Shown here piece after piece: positions 19,006-29,724 of a stretch of DNA of 64,000 bases. Source of the DNA: an uncultured Gammaproteobacteria bacterium (GTDB lineage Bacteria > Patescibacteriota > Microgenomatia > UBA10105 > UBA927); the NCBI GenBank assembly GCA_964527425.1, contig CAZGOA010000003.1:97048-161047 (forward strand). Direction: 5' to 3'. The position numbers were made by a program, and so were the translations under genes. The notes beneath the pieces were generated by a model. That model had not been told where the DNA came from and searched no databases. It saw only the letters and a list, made by a program, of their open reading frames with translations. Positions within the stretch are counted from its first letter, which is position 1; each line of letters opens with the position of its first letter.

Positions 19006-20859
19006 TTAACGCGTGAACCAATAATCTAATATAGCTTTTGCAATAGGAGCAGCCACATCGCTACCTCCTCCACCTTCTTCTACCAATACAGTGATTGATA
19101 ATTCTGGTTCTCCCGATACTACCTCTTCATCTGAAATTCTTTCTTTGTCAATAAACTCAGAAGGAACTGGTGCCAATACTGTAATCCAAGCATGTGTTTT
19201 ATCTTGAGGCGATCCAAATTCTGCTGTACCTGTTTTACAAGCAACAGGAATACGTCTCCTTGCTGATTCACTTGCACTTTGAGAATCTAAAGGTACAGAA
19301 TAGTTAAATAACGGATAAGCCGTTCCTTCAGGTTCACATGCTTTTCTCATACCTTCAATAATAAGCCTGCGTGTTTCTTCGTGTAGTGGTACGTCATGAC
19401 AATTGCTGCTATCTCTCTTACCAGTTACTTTTAAAATAGTAGGTGTACAAAAATGCCCACCATTTCCTAAAGCGGATGTATAATTACTTACCTGCAAAGG
19501 TGTTGTTAATAAATATCCCTGACCAATTGACATATGGTAGGTATCTCCCACGTACCACTCGTTATTCCTCATTTCCAAATCCAGCTTCGTTGTAAATTGT
19601 TTACTTTTCCATTCTGGACCGGGCAATACGCCTTCTGCCTCTCCCGGCAATTCAATACCCAGTTTCCCTCCAAGCCCTACTTTTTGTGACCATTCTCTCA
19701 TTTTAGTAATACCTAATGCTTCCCCAATTTTATAGAAAAAAATATCATTACTTCTGGCAATTGCTTTCGTAACATCAACCATGCCGTCTTTCCCACCATA
19801 CTGTGTAAAGTACCAATTATGAAACTTAAAAGGGCCAATCGTTATCACACCAGTATCTTCAATAAGTGTATCTTTAGTAATTGCTCCTTCTTCTAAAGCT
19901 GCCCACGAGGTAACCACCTTAAATGTAGAGGCTGGCGGGTAAACTCCACCAATTGCACGATTAAACAGCGGACGATCCGTATTGCTCATAAATTCATCAT
20001 AATCCTCCTGTGACATACCTAATGAAAAATTATTCAGTGAAAACGTAGGACTGGAAAATAACGCCAATATTTCGCCTGTGGCAGGATTAGTCACTATCAC
20101 TGCACCTCGAGCGTTTTTGGGGTAGGCCTTTGCAACGACATCAGAAAGGCCAGCATCTATAGATAAATAAATATCCTCACCAGAAAGTTCTTGATCTCTC
20201 CCTAATATTCGCAATATTCTTCCATTGGCATCTACTTCTACTAATTCTTTTCCATCTCTGCCACGAAGCCTGTCTTCAAATACTACTTCTGCTGCAGATC
20301 GTCCAATCTGATCACCTTTTTGATATTTTCTGAGTTGATAATATTCATCTTCCAGTTCTTCACTGTTTATTTCTCCGGTGTACCCAACAACATGTGCAGT
20401 AGATTCAGGATGTGTATACTTACGCACATAATCAACTTCTAAAAAATGCTGTGCTGGTAAGCCTTCTAGTTCCATTTGCTTACCTTGTTCTTCAGTAATA
20501 TGTGTAATACATAGTGTTGCTGGTTTATTCTTGCATGGGGATAACAACCTGAAACGAGGAATATTTTCAACTAACGGAGTGCCTTTTCTGTCATAAATAA
20601 TACCGCGGGGAGCATGACGGATTAAATCACGAGTACGGTTATTATCTGCTAATGCTCTAAATCTATGACCTTCAACAATAGTTAAAGAAAAAAGCCTAGA
20701 CGCTAAAATAAAAAGTCCTCCCCACAGTACTATTGCCAGCAGTAACACTCTTCCGGCTCCTTGCCACCAATGAGAACGACGAGATTTGGGTATCCTCGAT
20801 GATACTTTTGATTGAATAATAAGATTATCAGAAAACGTATTTCCAAACCGCATAGACAA
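19006..20859 (-). CDS. mrdA: Penicillin-binding protein 2
   Basis: APRGIIYDR, YPPASTFK (SxxK), SND, KTGTAE. Confidence 0.92.
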   Translation of the reverse strand: MSMRFGNTFSDNLIIQSKVSSRIPKSRRSHWWQGAGRVLLLAIVLWGGLFILASRLFSLTIVEGHRFRALADNNRTRDLIRHAPRGIIYDRKGTPLVENIPRFRLLSPCKNKPATLCITHITEEQGKQMELEGLPAQHFLEVDYVRKYTHPESTAHVVGYTGEINSEELEDEYYQLRKYQKGDQIGRSAAEVVFEDRLRGRDGKELVEVDANGRILRILGRDQELSGEDIYLSIDAGLSDVVAKAYPKNARGAVIVTNPATGEILALFSSPTFSLNNFSLGMSQEDYDEFMSNTDRPLFNRAIGGVYPPASTFKVVTSWAALEEGAITKDTLIEDTGVITIGPFKFHNWYFTQYGGKDGMVDVTKAIARSNDIFFYKIGEALGITKMREWSQKVGLGGKLGIELPGEAEGVLPGPEWKSKQFTTKLDLEMRNNEWYVGDTYHMSIGQGYLLTTPLQVSNYTSALGNGGHFCTPTILKVTGKRDSSNCHDVPLHEETRRLIIEGMRKACEPEGTAYPLFNYSVPLDSQSASESARRRIPVACKTGTAEFGSPQDKTHAWITVLAPVPSEFIDKERISDEEVVSGEPELSITVLVEEGGGGSDVAAPIAKAILDYWFTR

Positions 20860-20868
20860 TAATGGGCG

Positions 20869-21474
20869 TTAATGAGGCAGAATCGACGTCCATACTTCAA
20901 GAATTATTAATGAATATATAATACCTACAGCTGCTTGCAATATCGTATGATCACCTCTTGATACACGTGCCCAGGCAACGACCATAACGATCAAAAATGC
21001 TGGCCATGCCAACCATCCAAACCATAAGACACATAAACCTGCAGCTAATGTTGCAATACCAGTGTGACCAGATATTTTAAAAAACAGCGTTATTAAAAAA
21101 AATCCGAGTACCCATAAAAAATATAACACAAATACATTCAATAAAAAGGGATTATCAAGAATAGAAACGGCAATAATATCTAGCACTAAAAATCCTAAAA
21201 AAGCCAGTAACGGTACTATGCGCTCTTTCCTGTTTGTAATATCCCAGTTACTGACTTGATGTGTTTTAAGTTTCCATAAAAAGTATCCTAACGGCAGTCC
21301 AAATAAAAACGGTAATAAAAAAGTAAAAAAAATAATTCCTCTTTTAGATAAATCACTTAAGAACACAGCTACAACAGTTAATAACGCAATAATTATAGGA
21401 GGATCAAATATTCGAGAGATTATCGTTTGTATACGATAATTGAAATGTACTGGTTCACTTCTTTTACGGGGCAT
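20869..21474 (-). CDS. PAP2-like membrane protein
   Basis: KISGH and WARV...DHT motifs, about 6 TM. Confidence 0.7.
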   Translation of the reverse strand: MPRKRSEPVHFNYRIQTIISRIFDPPIIIALLTVVAVFLSDLSKRGIIFFTFLLPFLFGLPLGYFLWKLKTHQVSNWDITNRKERIVPLLAFLGFLVLDIIAVSILDNPFLLNVFVLYFLWVLGFFLITLFFKISGHTGIATLAAGLCVLWFGWLAWPAFLIVMVVAWARVSRGDHTILQAAVGIIYSLIILEVWTSILPH

Positions 21475-21527
21475 GGATTCTTTATTTATATCAAAAATAA
21501 AGTATTCTTACTATTGAAATAATTTAT

Positions 21528-22583
21528 TTACAACTTTCTTCCAGTCACTCTCACTTTTTTTAGCAATTCTTCATCTTCAAGAAGCTTTCCACAACCTCTC
21601 GCAACCGCAGTTAATGGATCATCAGCAATCCATACAGGCATTTTTAGTTCTGTTGCAACTAATTTATCAATTCCCTGAATCAAGGCGCCGCCTCCTGCTA
21701 ATACAATACCTTGTTCAATAATGTCTCCCATCATTTCAGGTGGAGCTTCTTCTATTGTTAGAGCGATTGCATCAATAATTTCCTGCAATACAGATGATAA
21801 AGCCTCTCTTACTTCTGCTTCAGATAATCGCAAAGAAGTTGGCAAACCAGTTTCTGCACTTCTTCCTCGTACAACTGTTTGACGTTCAACAGAATTTACA
21901 GGAAAGGCAGAACCGATTGTAAGTTTTACGTCTTCAGCAGTCTTTTCTCCTACAAGCAAACTATGTTTTTGACGTAAATACAACATGATTGCCTCATCCA
22001 TTTCATCTCCAGCAGTTCGAATACTTTTGTTGACCACCATTCCACCCAGACTCATTACTGCAATTTCACTTGTTCCTCCTCCGATATCGCAGATAAAACT
22101 CCCGTTACTTTCCTCAATAGGAAGCCCTGCACCAATAGCAGCTGCCATTGGTTCTTCTATTAAATATGCTTCTCGTGCACCAGCCAGCAAGGCTGCTTCT
22201 TGTACAGCACGTCTTTCTACTTCTGTAACACCTGATGGGATTCCAATAACGACTTTTGGTCTAGGGATTCTGGGAAAAAACGATCTTCTCGGTGATTCAT
22301 GAATATACTGAATATAATGCTTTAACATAGCTGCGGTTGCGTCAAAATCAGAAATAACTCCATCTCTCAGTGGTCTAATTGCTTCAATTGTCTGTGGTGT
22401 TTTCCCGAGCATTCTTTTGGCGTCTGCACCAATCGCTAATACTTGCTTTGTTTTTATATGACGAGTAACAACAGATGGTTCTCGTATCATTATTCCTTTC
22501 CCTCGTACATATACCAAGGTATTGGCAGTGCCCAAATCTATTCCCAAATCATACGAAAATAATCCTAAAAACGTGTTTATCAT
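21528..22583 (-). CDS. mreB: Rod shape-determining protein MreB
   Basis: GIDLGTANT, EEPMAAAIGAG, DIGGGT, LAGGGAL. Confidence 0.98.
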   Translation of the reverse strand: MINTFLGLFSYDLGIDLGTANTLVYVRGKGIMIREPSVVTRHIKTKQVLAIGADAKRMLGKTPQTIEAIRPLRDGVISDFDATAAMLKHYIQYIHESPRRSFFPRIPRPKVVIGIPSGVTEVERRAVQEAALLAGAREAYLIEEPMAAAIGAGLPIEESNGSFICDIGGGTSEIAVMSLGGMVVNKSIRTAGDEMDEAIMLYLRQKHSLLVGEKTAEDVKLTIGSAFPVNSVERQTVVRGRSAETGLPTSLRLSEAEVREALSSVLQEIIDAIALTIEEAPPEMMGDIIEQGIVLAGGGALIQGIDKLVATELKMPVWIADDPLTAVARGCGKLLEDEELLKKVRVTGRKL

Positions 22584-22631
22584 GTGTTGTTCATTCTAGC
22601 ATAAGAAAAAGATTGATATAATGCACACAAC

Positions 22632-22832
22632 ATGTCACCGGTTGTAAAAAATACTATTTATCAACATCGAATAAATGCAGGACTAACGCAAGAAGAATTA
22701 GCACAGAAGGTTAAGGTTACAAGACAAACGATTATTGCAATCGAAAAAGGAAATTATGCTCCATCAATAGAGCTAGCACTTAAACTCGCATTAACCTTTA
22801 AAACACGCGTGGAGGCGCTTTTTTCATTATGA
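22632..22832 (+). CDS. XRE/HTH_3 transcriptional regulator
   Basis: LTQEELA..V.VTRQTIIAIEKG.Y.PS. Confidence 0.92.
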   Translation: MSPVVKNTIYQHRINAGLTQEELAQKVKVTRQTIIAIEKGNYAPSIELALKLALTFKTRVEALFSL

Positions 22833-23191
22833 ATAAAAATATCATGTTACAAATTGTTTCTGCAGTATTCGTTATACTTTTTCTAATACTCGCTGCAAAT
22901 CCATTTAATTTTTGGATGCCTTCACCAGTTTTAATGATGTTGGTCTGCCTTATTACAGCTACATATTTTATTTTTGCTGCTCTGGTATTTCTGGAAAGGC
23001 CTCGAGACGAACGAGAACAGCTGCATAGTTTAATTTCAGGACGCATATCATTTCTTACCGGTTCAGCAGTGCTGGCAATTGCTATTATCATTAAAGAACT
23101 ACAAGGACAACCCGATCCCTGGCTTATTGGAGCTCTGGGCACAATGATACTTACAAAAATAATCGTGAGAATAGTGTTAAATATAAAGTAA
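22829..23191 (+). CDS. Small membrane protein (DUF2178-like)
   Basis: 4 TM, RDERE motif, ATGA-coupled to the XRE gene. Confidence 0.75.
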   Translation: MNKNIMLQIVSAVFVILFLILAANPFNFWMPSPVLMMLVCLITATYFIFAALVFLERPRDEREQLHSLISGRISFLTGSAVLAIAIIIKELQGQPDPWLIGALGTMILTKIIVRIVLNIK

Positions 23192-23192
23192 A

Positions 23193-24434
23193 TTACCTGA
23201 ATGGCAACAAAGCAATGTTTTGCAACAATTCTCGAGAATCCCTGATTGAATTCAAGCCTAACACCGATTGAGTTTTCTTTTTATGGCTTTGCAAAAACCG
23301 CACTATACGATTGAGTATTCCCTGATGATCTTTAAGGCTCTGCAGCCAAACGGTTTCATCTTTACCATAATCAAGAACTATATCACCAGTTAAAAAATGA
23401 TCATGTGCAATAATGTGCTCCAGATACTGCAAGGTCATACCTGATCGACTAAATTCAGTTTCTAGAAGTTTCTCCTGTTCAGGAATAGATAACCCAGAAA
23501 GTATAAAGTCATCATAGAGTTCAGTTATTATAAATTTTGCTGTCTGTTGACGTACTATTGTATCACTAAATACTGAGTGCAGATCTGGCGATGTGTCCAT
23601 CGAGGCATCTTTGTCTTGTCTAATCAATTGATTAAAATAATCTTTTTCTATGCCTAATAAAGATGCATAAATATAACCGTTTACAACCAGTTCATTCTGC
23701 GATAACGGATAGTGGATATCTGCCTGTGGAGCATCTATTCTGTCTTGATACCATTTCCATTTTTGTTGGCGCATTTCAGGAAACACCTGCAAAAACAACT
23801 GAGTCACATCTGACTCTAAAAGCTTTGCTAATAATTCAGGCTTTTCTGCAAACAAAAACTCATCTGTTAGTAAGGCAATACCAAGACTATGGAGCAGTCG
23901 AGTACCTGACTGCATTTGACTGATATGGAGCAACTCTTCCAGGCAGATCAATGAGCAATGTCTGATTTTTTCATAATCAGTACTCACAAAAATTACTTCT
24001 GGTGGCGGCAACACTACCCGGACATACTTTTTACCATTGTACATTGAAACAACACTCGTACTATCAGCATCCAACGGCTCAGCACCTAAAAATGTGTTAA
24101 TCAACAATTGGTCAGGTTCTGTATGCCACACTTTAGCACCATTCAATCTGATTGCACGAAGAACTCCTTCATAGAACATACTTGTATCTGATTGAATTTT
24201 GAGTTGTTCTTTAATTTCCGAAGAATCAACTGCTTTGCCGTATTCTAAAACCCGATTATAAGGTACAGGCAATGTCATTTGTGAAATGAAGAACTTTAAG
24301 TCAATAAAAGCTGTGTTATCAGCGTCTTTTTCGATGCGTTCAAATAATTTTTGCACATATTCAAGTACCATCAATACATTATCAACGTCTCTGTGAATTT
24401 CTCTCTGCGAACTGTGATGAATCAGTTGCTCCAT
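23193..24434 (-). CDS. Hypothetical protein with EExxH zincin-like motif
   Basis: 413-aa ORF; CLEELLHISQ with a downstream E. Confidence 0.6.
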   Translation of the reverse strand: MEQLIHHSSQREIHRDVDNVLMVLEYVQKLFERIEKDADNTAFIDLKFFISQMTLPVPYNRVLEYGKAVDSSEIKEQLKIQSDTSMFYEGVLRAIRLNGAKVWHTEPDQLLINTFLGAEPLDADSTSVVSMYNGKKYVRVVLPPPEVIFVSTDYEKIRHCSLICLEELLHISQMQSGTRLLHSLGIALLTDEFLFAEKPELLAKLLESDVTQLFLQVFPEMRQQKWKWYQDRIDAPQADIHYPLSQNELVVNGYIYASLLGIEKDYFNQLIRQDKDASMDTSPDLHSVFSDTIVRQQTAKFIITELYDDFILSGLSIPEQEKLLETEFSRSGMTLQYLEHIIAHDHFLTGDIVLDYGKDETVWLQSLKDHQGILNRIVRFLQSHKKKTQSVLGLNSIRDSRELLQNIALLPFR

Positions 24435-24583
24435 CTGCCAATTTTACTACTATAACAATCCAAAGTACATCTGATATAACATACTTTACTTTCGTTGTGA
24501 TTTAACTATGTGTAAAGTTAACTTGACATTTATACATTATCCGTTTTACTCTATAAGAATCTTAACAATCTGAAAGGAGTTAT

Positions 24584-25096
24584 ATGAATAAAAATGTATT
24601 ACCGATTATTGGACTAGTAATTATAGGTGGAGTCGTTGGTTTTTTCCTTATGCAAAGATCTGCACCAGATTCAACCATGATGAAAAAAGATGACACAACC
24701 ATGCTAAAAGACGATTCAACGACGCCTGAAGACTCCATGATGAAACCATCTGGTGAGGCTATGCCGGAAGATGATTCCGTTATGGAAAAACCAGGAAGTT
24801 ACATTCCTTATTCTGCACAAGCGTATGCAGATGCTTCAAATCAAAAACGGGTACTGTTTTTTCACGCAACATGGTGTCCAACTTGTAAAACTGCCAATGA
24901 ACAATTTACTTCAAAAATACAAGAAATTCCTTCAAATGTTGTAATTCTCAAAACAGATTATGACAAAGAATCAGAGCTTAAAAGAAAGTACGGGATAACC
25001 TATCAACATACATTTGTACAAGTTGATGAACAAGGAAATGAAATAACCAAATGGTCAGGTGGTGATATACAAGAACTAAAAAATAATCTTTTATAA
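24584..25096 (+). CDS. Membrane-anchored thioredoxin-family protein
   Basis: N-terminal TM, Met/Asp-rich linker, FFHATWCPTC, YGITYQHTFV; SD AAAGGAG. Confidence 0.9.
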   Translation: MNKNVLPIIGLVIIGGVVGFFLMQRSAPDSTMMKKDDTTMLKDDSTTPEDSMMKPSGEAMPEDDSVMEKPGSYIPYSAQAYADASNQKRVLFFHATWCPTCKTANEQFTSKIQEIPSNVVILKTDYDKESELKRKYGITYQHTFVQVDEQGNEITKWSGGDIQELKNNLL

Positions 25097-25109
25097 TCAA
25101 AGTATCTAT

Positions 25110-26858
25110 ATGATCGTGCTTATTCTCTTTGCTTTTATTGGTGGAATAATTACTATACTTTCTCCGTGTATCCTGCCTGTATTACCTATTGTTTTGTCAG
25201 GTTCATTAACTGGAGGCAGAAAACGTCCTTTAGGAATCGTCACTGGATTTATTTTAAGTTTTACCTTTTTTACGCTTTTCCTTTCTGCAATCGTTAAAGC
25301 TACCGGTATTTCAGCAGACTCACTGCGCTACATCGCGGTTTTTACGTTAATTATTTTTGGAATAAGTCTCTTTCTGCCAAAGTTTCAAGTATTGATGGAG
25401 CAAGTCTTTTCAAAACTTTCATCTTTTATTAGCAGTAAAACATCAAAAAACAATCAATCAAATGATTTCTTAAGCGGTATCCCGATTGGTGCAAGTCTTG
25501 GCCTTATCTGGACACCATGTGTTGGGCCGATAATAGCTTCTGTCATCACGCTTGCTGCGACCAGTCAGGTCACCAGTAGTGCACTACTTATTACCCTTGC
25601 ATATTCATTAGGAACTGCTTTGCCAATGCTTGCCATCACCTATGGAGGAAGGCAACTTCTTCAAAAAAATACCTGGTTACTCAACAACACAAGCAAAATT
25701 CAAAGAGGATTTGGTGTACTTATGGTACTTACCGCTATAGGAATCTTTTTTAATATAGACCGCACTGTCCAAACATACATTCTGACAGCATTCCCTCAGT
25801 ATGGTACAGGCCTTACAGCTCTTGAAGACAACGCGATCGTAAAACGCGCCTTAAATCAATTAATGCCAACTAATTCTGCAATACGACCACAAGTTGGAAA
25901 ACCGATGAATACTGAAACTTCTCTTCCACGTTTATTCAAAGCACCAGGATTTACGAATCACAGTGGAGAATGGATTAACTCTGAACCACTGCAACTGGAA
26001 GATCTAAAGGGAAATGTGGTTCTTGTAGATTTTTGGACATACACCTGTATTAACTGCATACGTACACTACCCTATTTAAGAAGATGGCATGAAACATATA
26101 AAGATACGGGGTTAATCATTGTTGGTGTGCATACACCAGAATTTGAATTTGAAAAATCACTGGCAAATGTTAAGAAAGCAGCCTCAGATTTTCAGTTAGC
26201 CTATCCAATTGTTCAAGATAACGAATTTGGCATTTGGAGAGATTACAGCAATAGATTTTGGCCTGCAAAATATTTAGTAGACAAAGACGGCTACGTCAGA
26301 TATACCCACTTTGGAGAAGGCGCCTATGATGAAACAGAACAAGCAATACAAAAACTCTTAAAAGAACGCGGATCAACAATAAATACCACTATTAAAAACC
26401 CTGAATATGATCTCCATGCAAGAACACCGGAACTGTATTTAGGTTACGAGCGCATTCAAAATCTTATTTCACCTGAACGTGTATTGAAAAATATAGTTCA
26501 ACAATATACATCACCAAATTCTCCCCCAAAAAATTATTTTGGATATGAAGGAAGTTGGACACTGAGTGGTGAACATGCAAAGCCAGACACCAATGCTTCA
26601 CTCATTCTTCACTTTGATGCAAAAGAAGTATTTCTTGTTATGCGACCGAAAGATGGTACCAAAAGCACAGTGCGGGTTTACTTAAACGATCAAATAATTT
26701 CGTCTGATATGGCTGGAGAAGATGTGCAAGATGGTATTGCTCAAATAACTGAAGATCGATTGTATAAACTGGTAAACCAACAATTTGCTGGGCCAGCAAT
26801 ACTCAAACTTGTTTTTGATGACGACAACACAGAGCTCTTTGCATTTACTTTCGGATAA
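25110..26858 (+). CDS. dipZ: DipZ-like protein (CcdA membrane domain + TlpA-like thioredoxin + C-terminal domain)
   Basis: SPCILP, WTPCVGP, DFWTYTCINC, GVHTPEF, TPELYLG, AFTFG. Confidence 0.92.
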   Translation: MIVLILFAFIGGIITILSPCILPVLPIVLSGSLTGGRKRPLGIVTGFILSFTFFTLFLSAIVKATGISADSLRYIAVFTLIIFGISLFLPKFQVLMEQVFSKLSSFISSKTSKNNQSNDFLSGIPIGASLGLIWTPCVGPIIASVITLAATSQVTSSALLITLAYSLGTALPMLAITYGGRQLLQKNTWLLNNTSKIQRGFGVLMVLTAIGIFFNIDRTVQTYILTAFPQYGTGLTALEDNAIVKRALNQLMPTNSAIRPQVGKPMNTETSLPRLFKAPGFTNHSGEWINSEPLQLEDLKGNVVLVDFWTYTCINCIRTLPYLRRWHETYKDTGLIIVGVHTPEFEFEKSLANVKKAASDFQLAYPIVQDNEFGIWRDYSNRFWPAKYLVDKDGYVRYTHFGEGAYDETEQAIQKLLKERGSTINTTIKNPEYDLHARTPELYLGYERIQNLISPERVLKNIVQQYTSPNSPPKNYFGYEGSWTLSGEHAKPDTNASLILHFDAKEVFLVMRPKDGTKSTVRVYLNDQIISSDMAGEDVQDGIAQITEDRLYKLVNQQFAGPAILKLVFDDDNTELFAFTFG

Positions 26859-26948
26859 CTCTGTGAATATCAAGTACATTTGATACTGTACTCCTCCTTA
26901 ATAATCTTGTTTCTTGGATTTATTGTTGAAACCGGTATACTAGTTATT

Positions 26949-29117
26949 ATGAATCTTATCTCGATAACGAACAGAGTCATACGATATTCATTTTTTCTCC
27001 TTTTTATTCTTGTACCCCTCATCCTCACCCCGTGGAATTATGAATTGTTTGAATTTAATAAAATGCTCATAACTTACGGGCTTACGATCATTATCGTGTC
27101 TGCATGGATGGTAAAAATGAGTATTACCAGAACCATATCTATACGAAGGAGCCCACTTGATATACCAATTTTCCTTTTTGTAACCTCACAGTTAATTAGT
27201 TCACTGTTTTCGATGGATCCACATGTTTCCTGGTTTGGTTATTACAGCAGGTTTAATGGCGGAATGCTTTCAATCTTTACGTACGTTCTTTTATATTATG
27301 CTTTTTTAAGCAATATAGGTCATGAAGATGACTCTGTAAAACCTGCATTTACTAAACGCACAATTCATAATCTTTTAATTACTATACTCGGTGCTGCAGT
27401 TGTTGTTTCGTTCTATGGAATACTCCAACGACTTGGTATTGATAAATCTATATGGGTACAAGATGTTCAAAATCGTATTTTTTCAACACTCGGCCAGCCT
27501 AATTGGTTAGCTGCATATATCGGAGCACTTATTCCAGTGAGTCTTGCGTTTGCACTTTCTTCTATTAACAAAGATAAACGAGGTATATTTAATAATTCGT
27601 ATCTTATTTGGATAACGATATCTACTGTTTTTTTTGTAACCCTCCTATTTACAAAATCCCGTTCGGGCATTCTAGGTTTCGGCGTAGCATTACTTATTTT
27701 CTTCACTTTGCTTCTCTTAAAACATACTAATAAAAAAAGTGTTGTCACAATGCTTTTCATTCCTTTTATTCTATTTTTTCTCCTAGCTGGGTTCTTTAAA
27801 ACAAGTATTCCAACGTATGACAAATATTTTACTCTTGATGGTGTACGACAATTCATTTCGTCTTCTAAAACACAGGAAGCACCTCAACAACCAGAAGTTC
27901 AAACAACTACCTTAATTGAATCTGGTGGAACAGAATCAGGAACAATACGCAAATACGTATGGCAAGGAGCTTTAACGGCATGGCGTTCCAGTCAAAAAGC
28001 GTTTCTGATCGGTACAGGTACAGAGACATTCGCGTTTGCTTTTTTCAGGCACAAAGGAATTGAACATAACCTTACAAGTGAATGGGATTTTCTGTATAAC
28101 AAGGCACATAACGAATATCTCAACTACCTGACAACAACAGGCATAGTAGGATTTCTCTCCTACATGGCAATCATATTCACTTTTATTTCGTGGTTTAAAT
28201 TAAAAACAATCCCGGTAATAAAAAAGTATCATCAACAAGATATTTCCATAATAGAAATCGCCTTATTCTCAGGCTGGTTTTCTATACTCATTACGAATTT
28301 CTTTGGATTTTCGGTCGTTATCATACAACTATTTTTATTCTTATTTCCTGCATTTGCATTTGCGCTCATTCAAAAAGACACAAGAAAGATTCATATAGAA
28401 ATGAAAAAACTTCCTTTTGGCGTTTCGGCGGGCTTAAGTTTTGTTGGACTCCTTATTGGATTTATTTGTTTAGGGTATATAGCGGTTTATTGGTTCGCAG
28501 ATACCTATTTTGCACTCGGACAACGCCAATCCCGCCAGGGACAATTGGGTGAAGCATATAAATCACTCAGCCAAGCACTCTTACTGCGGCCATCAGAACC
28601 CATATATTATGATGAATTGGGAGTTACACTCAGCGGCTTATCTATTGCCGCAATGGAATCAGGAGATGCAACGACTGCATCATCATTAGCTCAACAAAGC
28701 CTACTAGCCAGTGACAAAGCACTCGCAATCTCTCCAAATAATGTGAATTTTTGGAAATCTAGAACAAAAATATATTTTGGCTTTTCAGAGGTTACTCAAG
28801 AATTTGTCGTTGCTGCAATTGAATCATTGCAAAAAGCCTTAGTATTATCCCCCTTTGATCCCAAAATTACCTATAATTTAGCAGTACTTTACGGAAGAAT
28901 TGGTGAAAATGAAAAAGCGATAGAATTACTAAAACAGACAATCCAACTCAAAAAAAATTATAGAGATGCCTATTATGCACTGTACATTTTTTATCAAGAA
29001 GTAAAACAACCCAGTTTGGCCCGCGCAATATTAGAAGATTACCTTAAAACTGTAGATCCAAACGATAAAGATTTCAAAGAAAGAATCGCACAACCCATTC
29101 CTACAAATACTCAATAA
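26949..29117 (+). CDS. O-antigen ligase/O-oligosaccharyltransferase-like protein with C-terminal TPRs
   Basis: STLGQPNWLAAY, TKSRSG, R..VW, IGTG, AHNEYL, TPR-like C-terminus; start reassigned to MNLIS. Confidence 0.88.
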   Translation: MNLISITNRVIRYSFFLLFILVPLILTPWNYELFEFNKMLITYGLTIIIVSAWMVKMSITRTISIRRSPLDIPIFLFVTSQLISSLFSMDPHVSWFGYYSRFNGGMLSIFTYVLLYYAFLSNIGHEDDSVKPAFTKRTIHNLLITILGAAVVVSFYGILQRLGIDKSIWVQDVQNRIFSTLGQPNWLAAYIGALIPVSLAFALSSINKDKRGIFNNSYLIWITISTVFFVTLLFTKSRSGILGFGVALLIFFTLLLLKHTNKKSVVTMLFIPFILFFLLAGFFKTSIPTYDKYFTLDGVRQFISSSKTQEAPQQPEVQTTTLIESGGTESGTIRKYVWQGALTAWRSSQKAFLIGTGTETFAFAFFRHKGIEHNLTSEWDFLYNKAHNEYLNYLTTTGIVGFLSYMAIIFTFISWFKLKTIPVIKKYHQQDISIIEIALFSGWFSILITNFFGFSVVIIQLFLFLFPAFAFALIQKDTRKIHIEMKKLPFGVSAGLSFVGLLIGFICLGYIAVYWFADTYFALGQRQSRQGQLGEAYKSLSQALLLRPSEPIYYDELGVTLSGLSIAAMESGDATTASSLAQQSLLASDKALAISPNNVNFWKSRTKIYFGFSEVTQEFVVAAIESLQKALVLSPFDPKITYNLAVLYGRIGENEKAIELLKQTIQLKKNYRDAYYALYIFYQEVKQPSLARAILEDYLKTVDPNDKDFKERIAQPIPTNTQ

Positions 29118-29172
29118 CAGCACATTTCTTTTACCGTTTATCGTTCAGCTCAGTTTGCGATATAATCCTCTC

Positions 29173-29724
29173 ATGACAATGCCAATAGTAACTATCCCTA
29201 ACGAAGTGTTACATACACCTGCACAAACTGTAAAAGTATTTGATAAAAAAATAAAATTGCTCGTAAGTGAAATGGAAAAGGCTCTTATAGCGACGAAAAA
29301 ACCAAAAGGCGTAGGACTGGCAGCTCCACAAGTTGGTCAATCATATAGAATTTTTATTACAAGACCTACTTCTAAAGATACTATTCGTGTATTCATAAAC
29401 CCTGAAATAATCGGCTATTCAAATGAAACATATGACCAATCTCAAAAAAATAAAGAAAAACCGTTAGAAGGTTGTCTGTCTATACCTGAAATCTGGGGGC
29501 CAGTCAGCAGATCTCAATCAGTAACCCTCCGTTATCAGGATATAGAAGGCAACTCACATGAAGAATTATTTGAAGGGTTCTTAGCAACCATCATTCAGCA
29601 TGAAACAGATCATATTAATGGCATACTATTCACTCAACGAGTCATTGAGCAAAAAGGAACATTGTATAAAACAGAAATAGATGAAAAAGGAAAGGAATAC
29701 CTGCAGGAGATACAAATTGCATGA
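29173..29724 (+). CDS. def: Peptide deformylase
   Basis: GVGLAAPQ, EGCLS, QHETDH; start reassigned to MTMP. Confidence 0.97.
   Translation: MTMPIVTIPNEVLHTPAQTVKVFDKKIKLLVSEMEKALIATKKPKGVGLAAPQVGQSYRIFITRPTSKDTIRVFINPEIIGYSNETYDQSQKNKEKPLEGCLSIPEIWGPVSRSQSVTLRYQDIEGNSHEELFEGFLATIIQHETDHINGILFTQRVIEQKGTLYKTEIDEKGKEYLQEIQIA

Noticed and set aside
22632-23191. Toxin-antitoxin pair
   Set aside because: It matches the common XRE plus DUF2178-like membrane protein pair, with no toxin motif.
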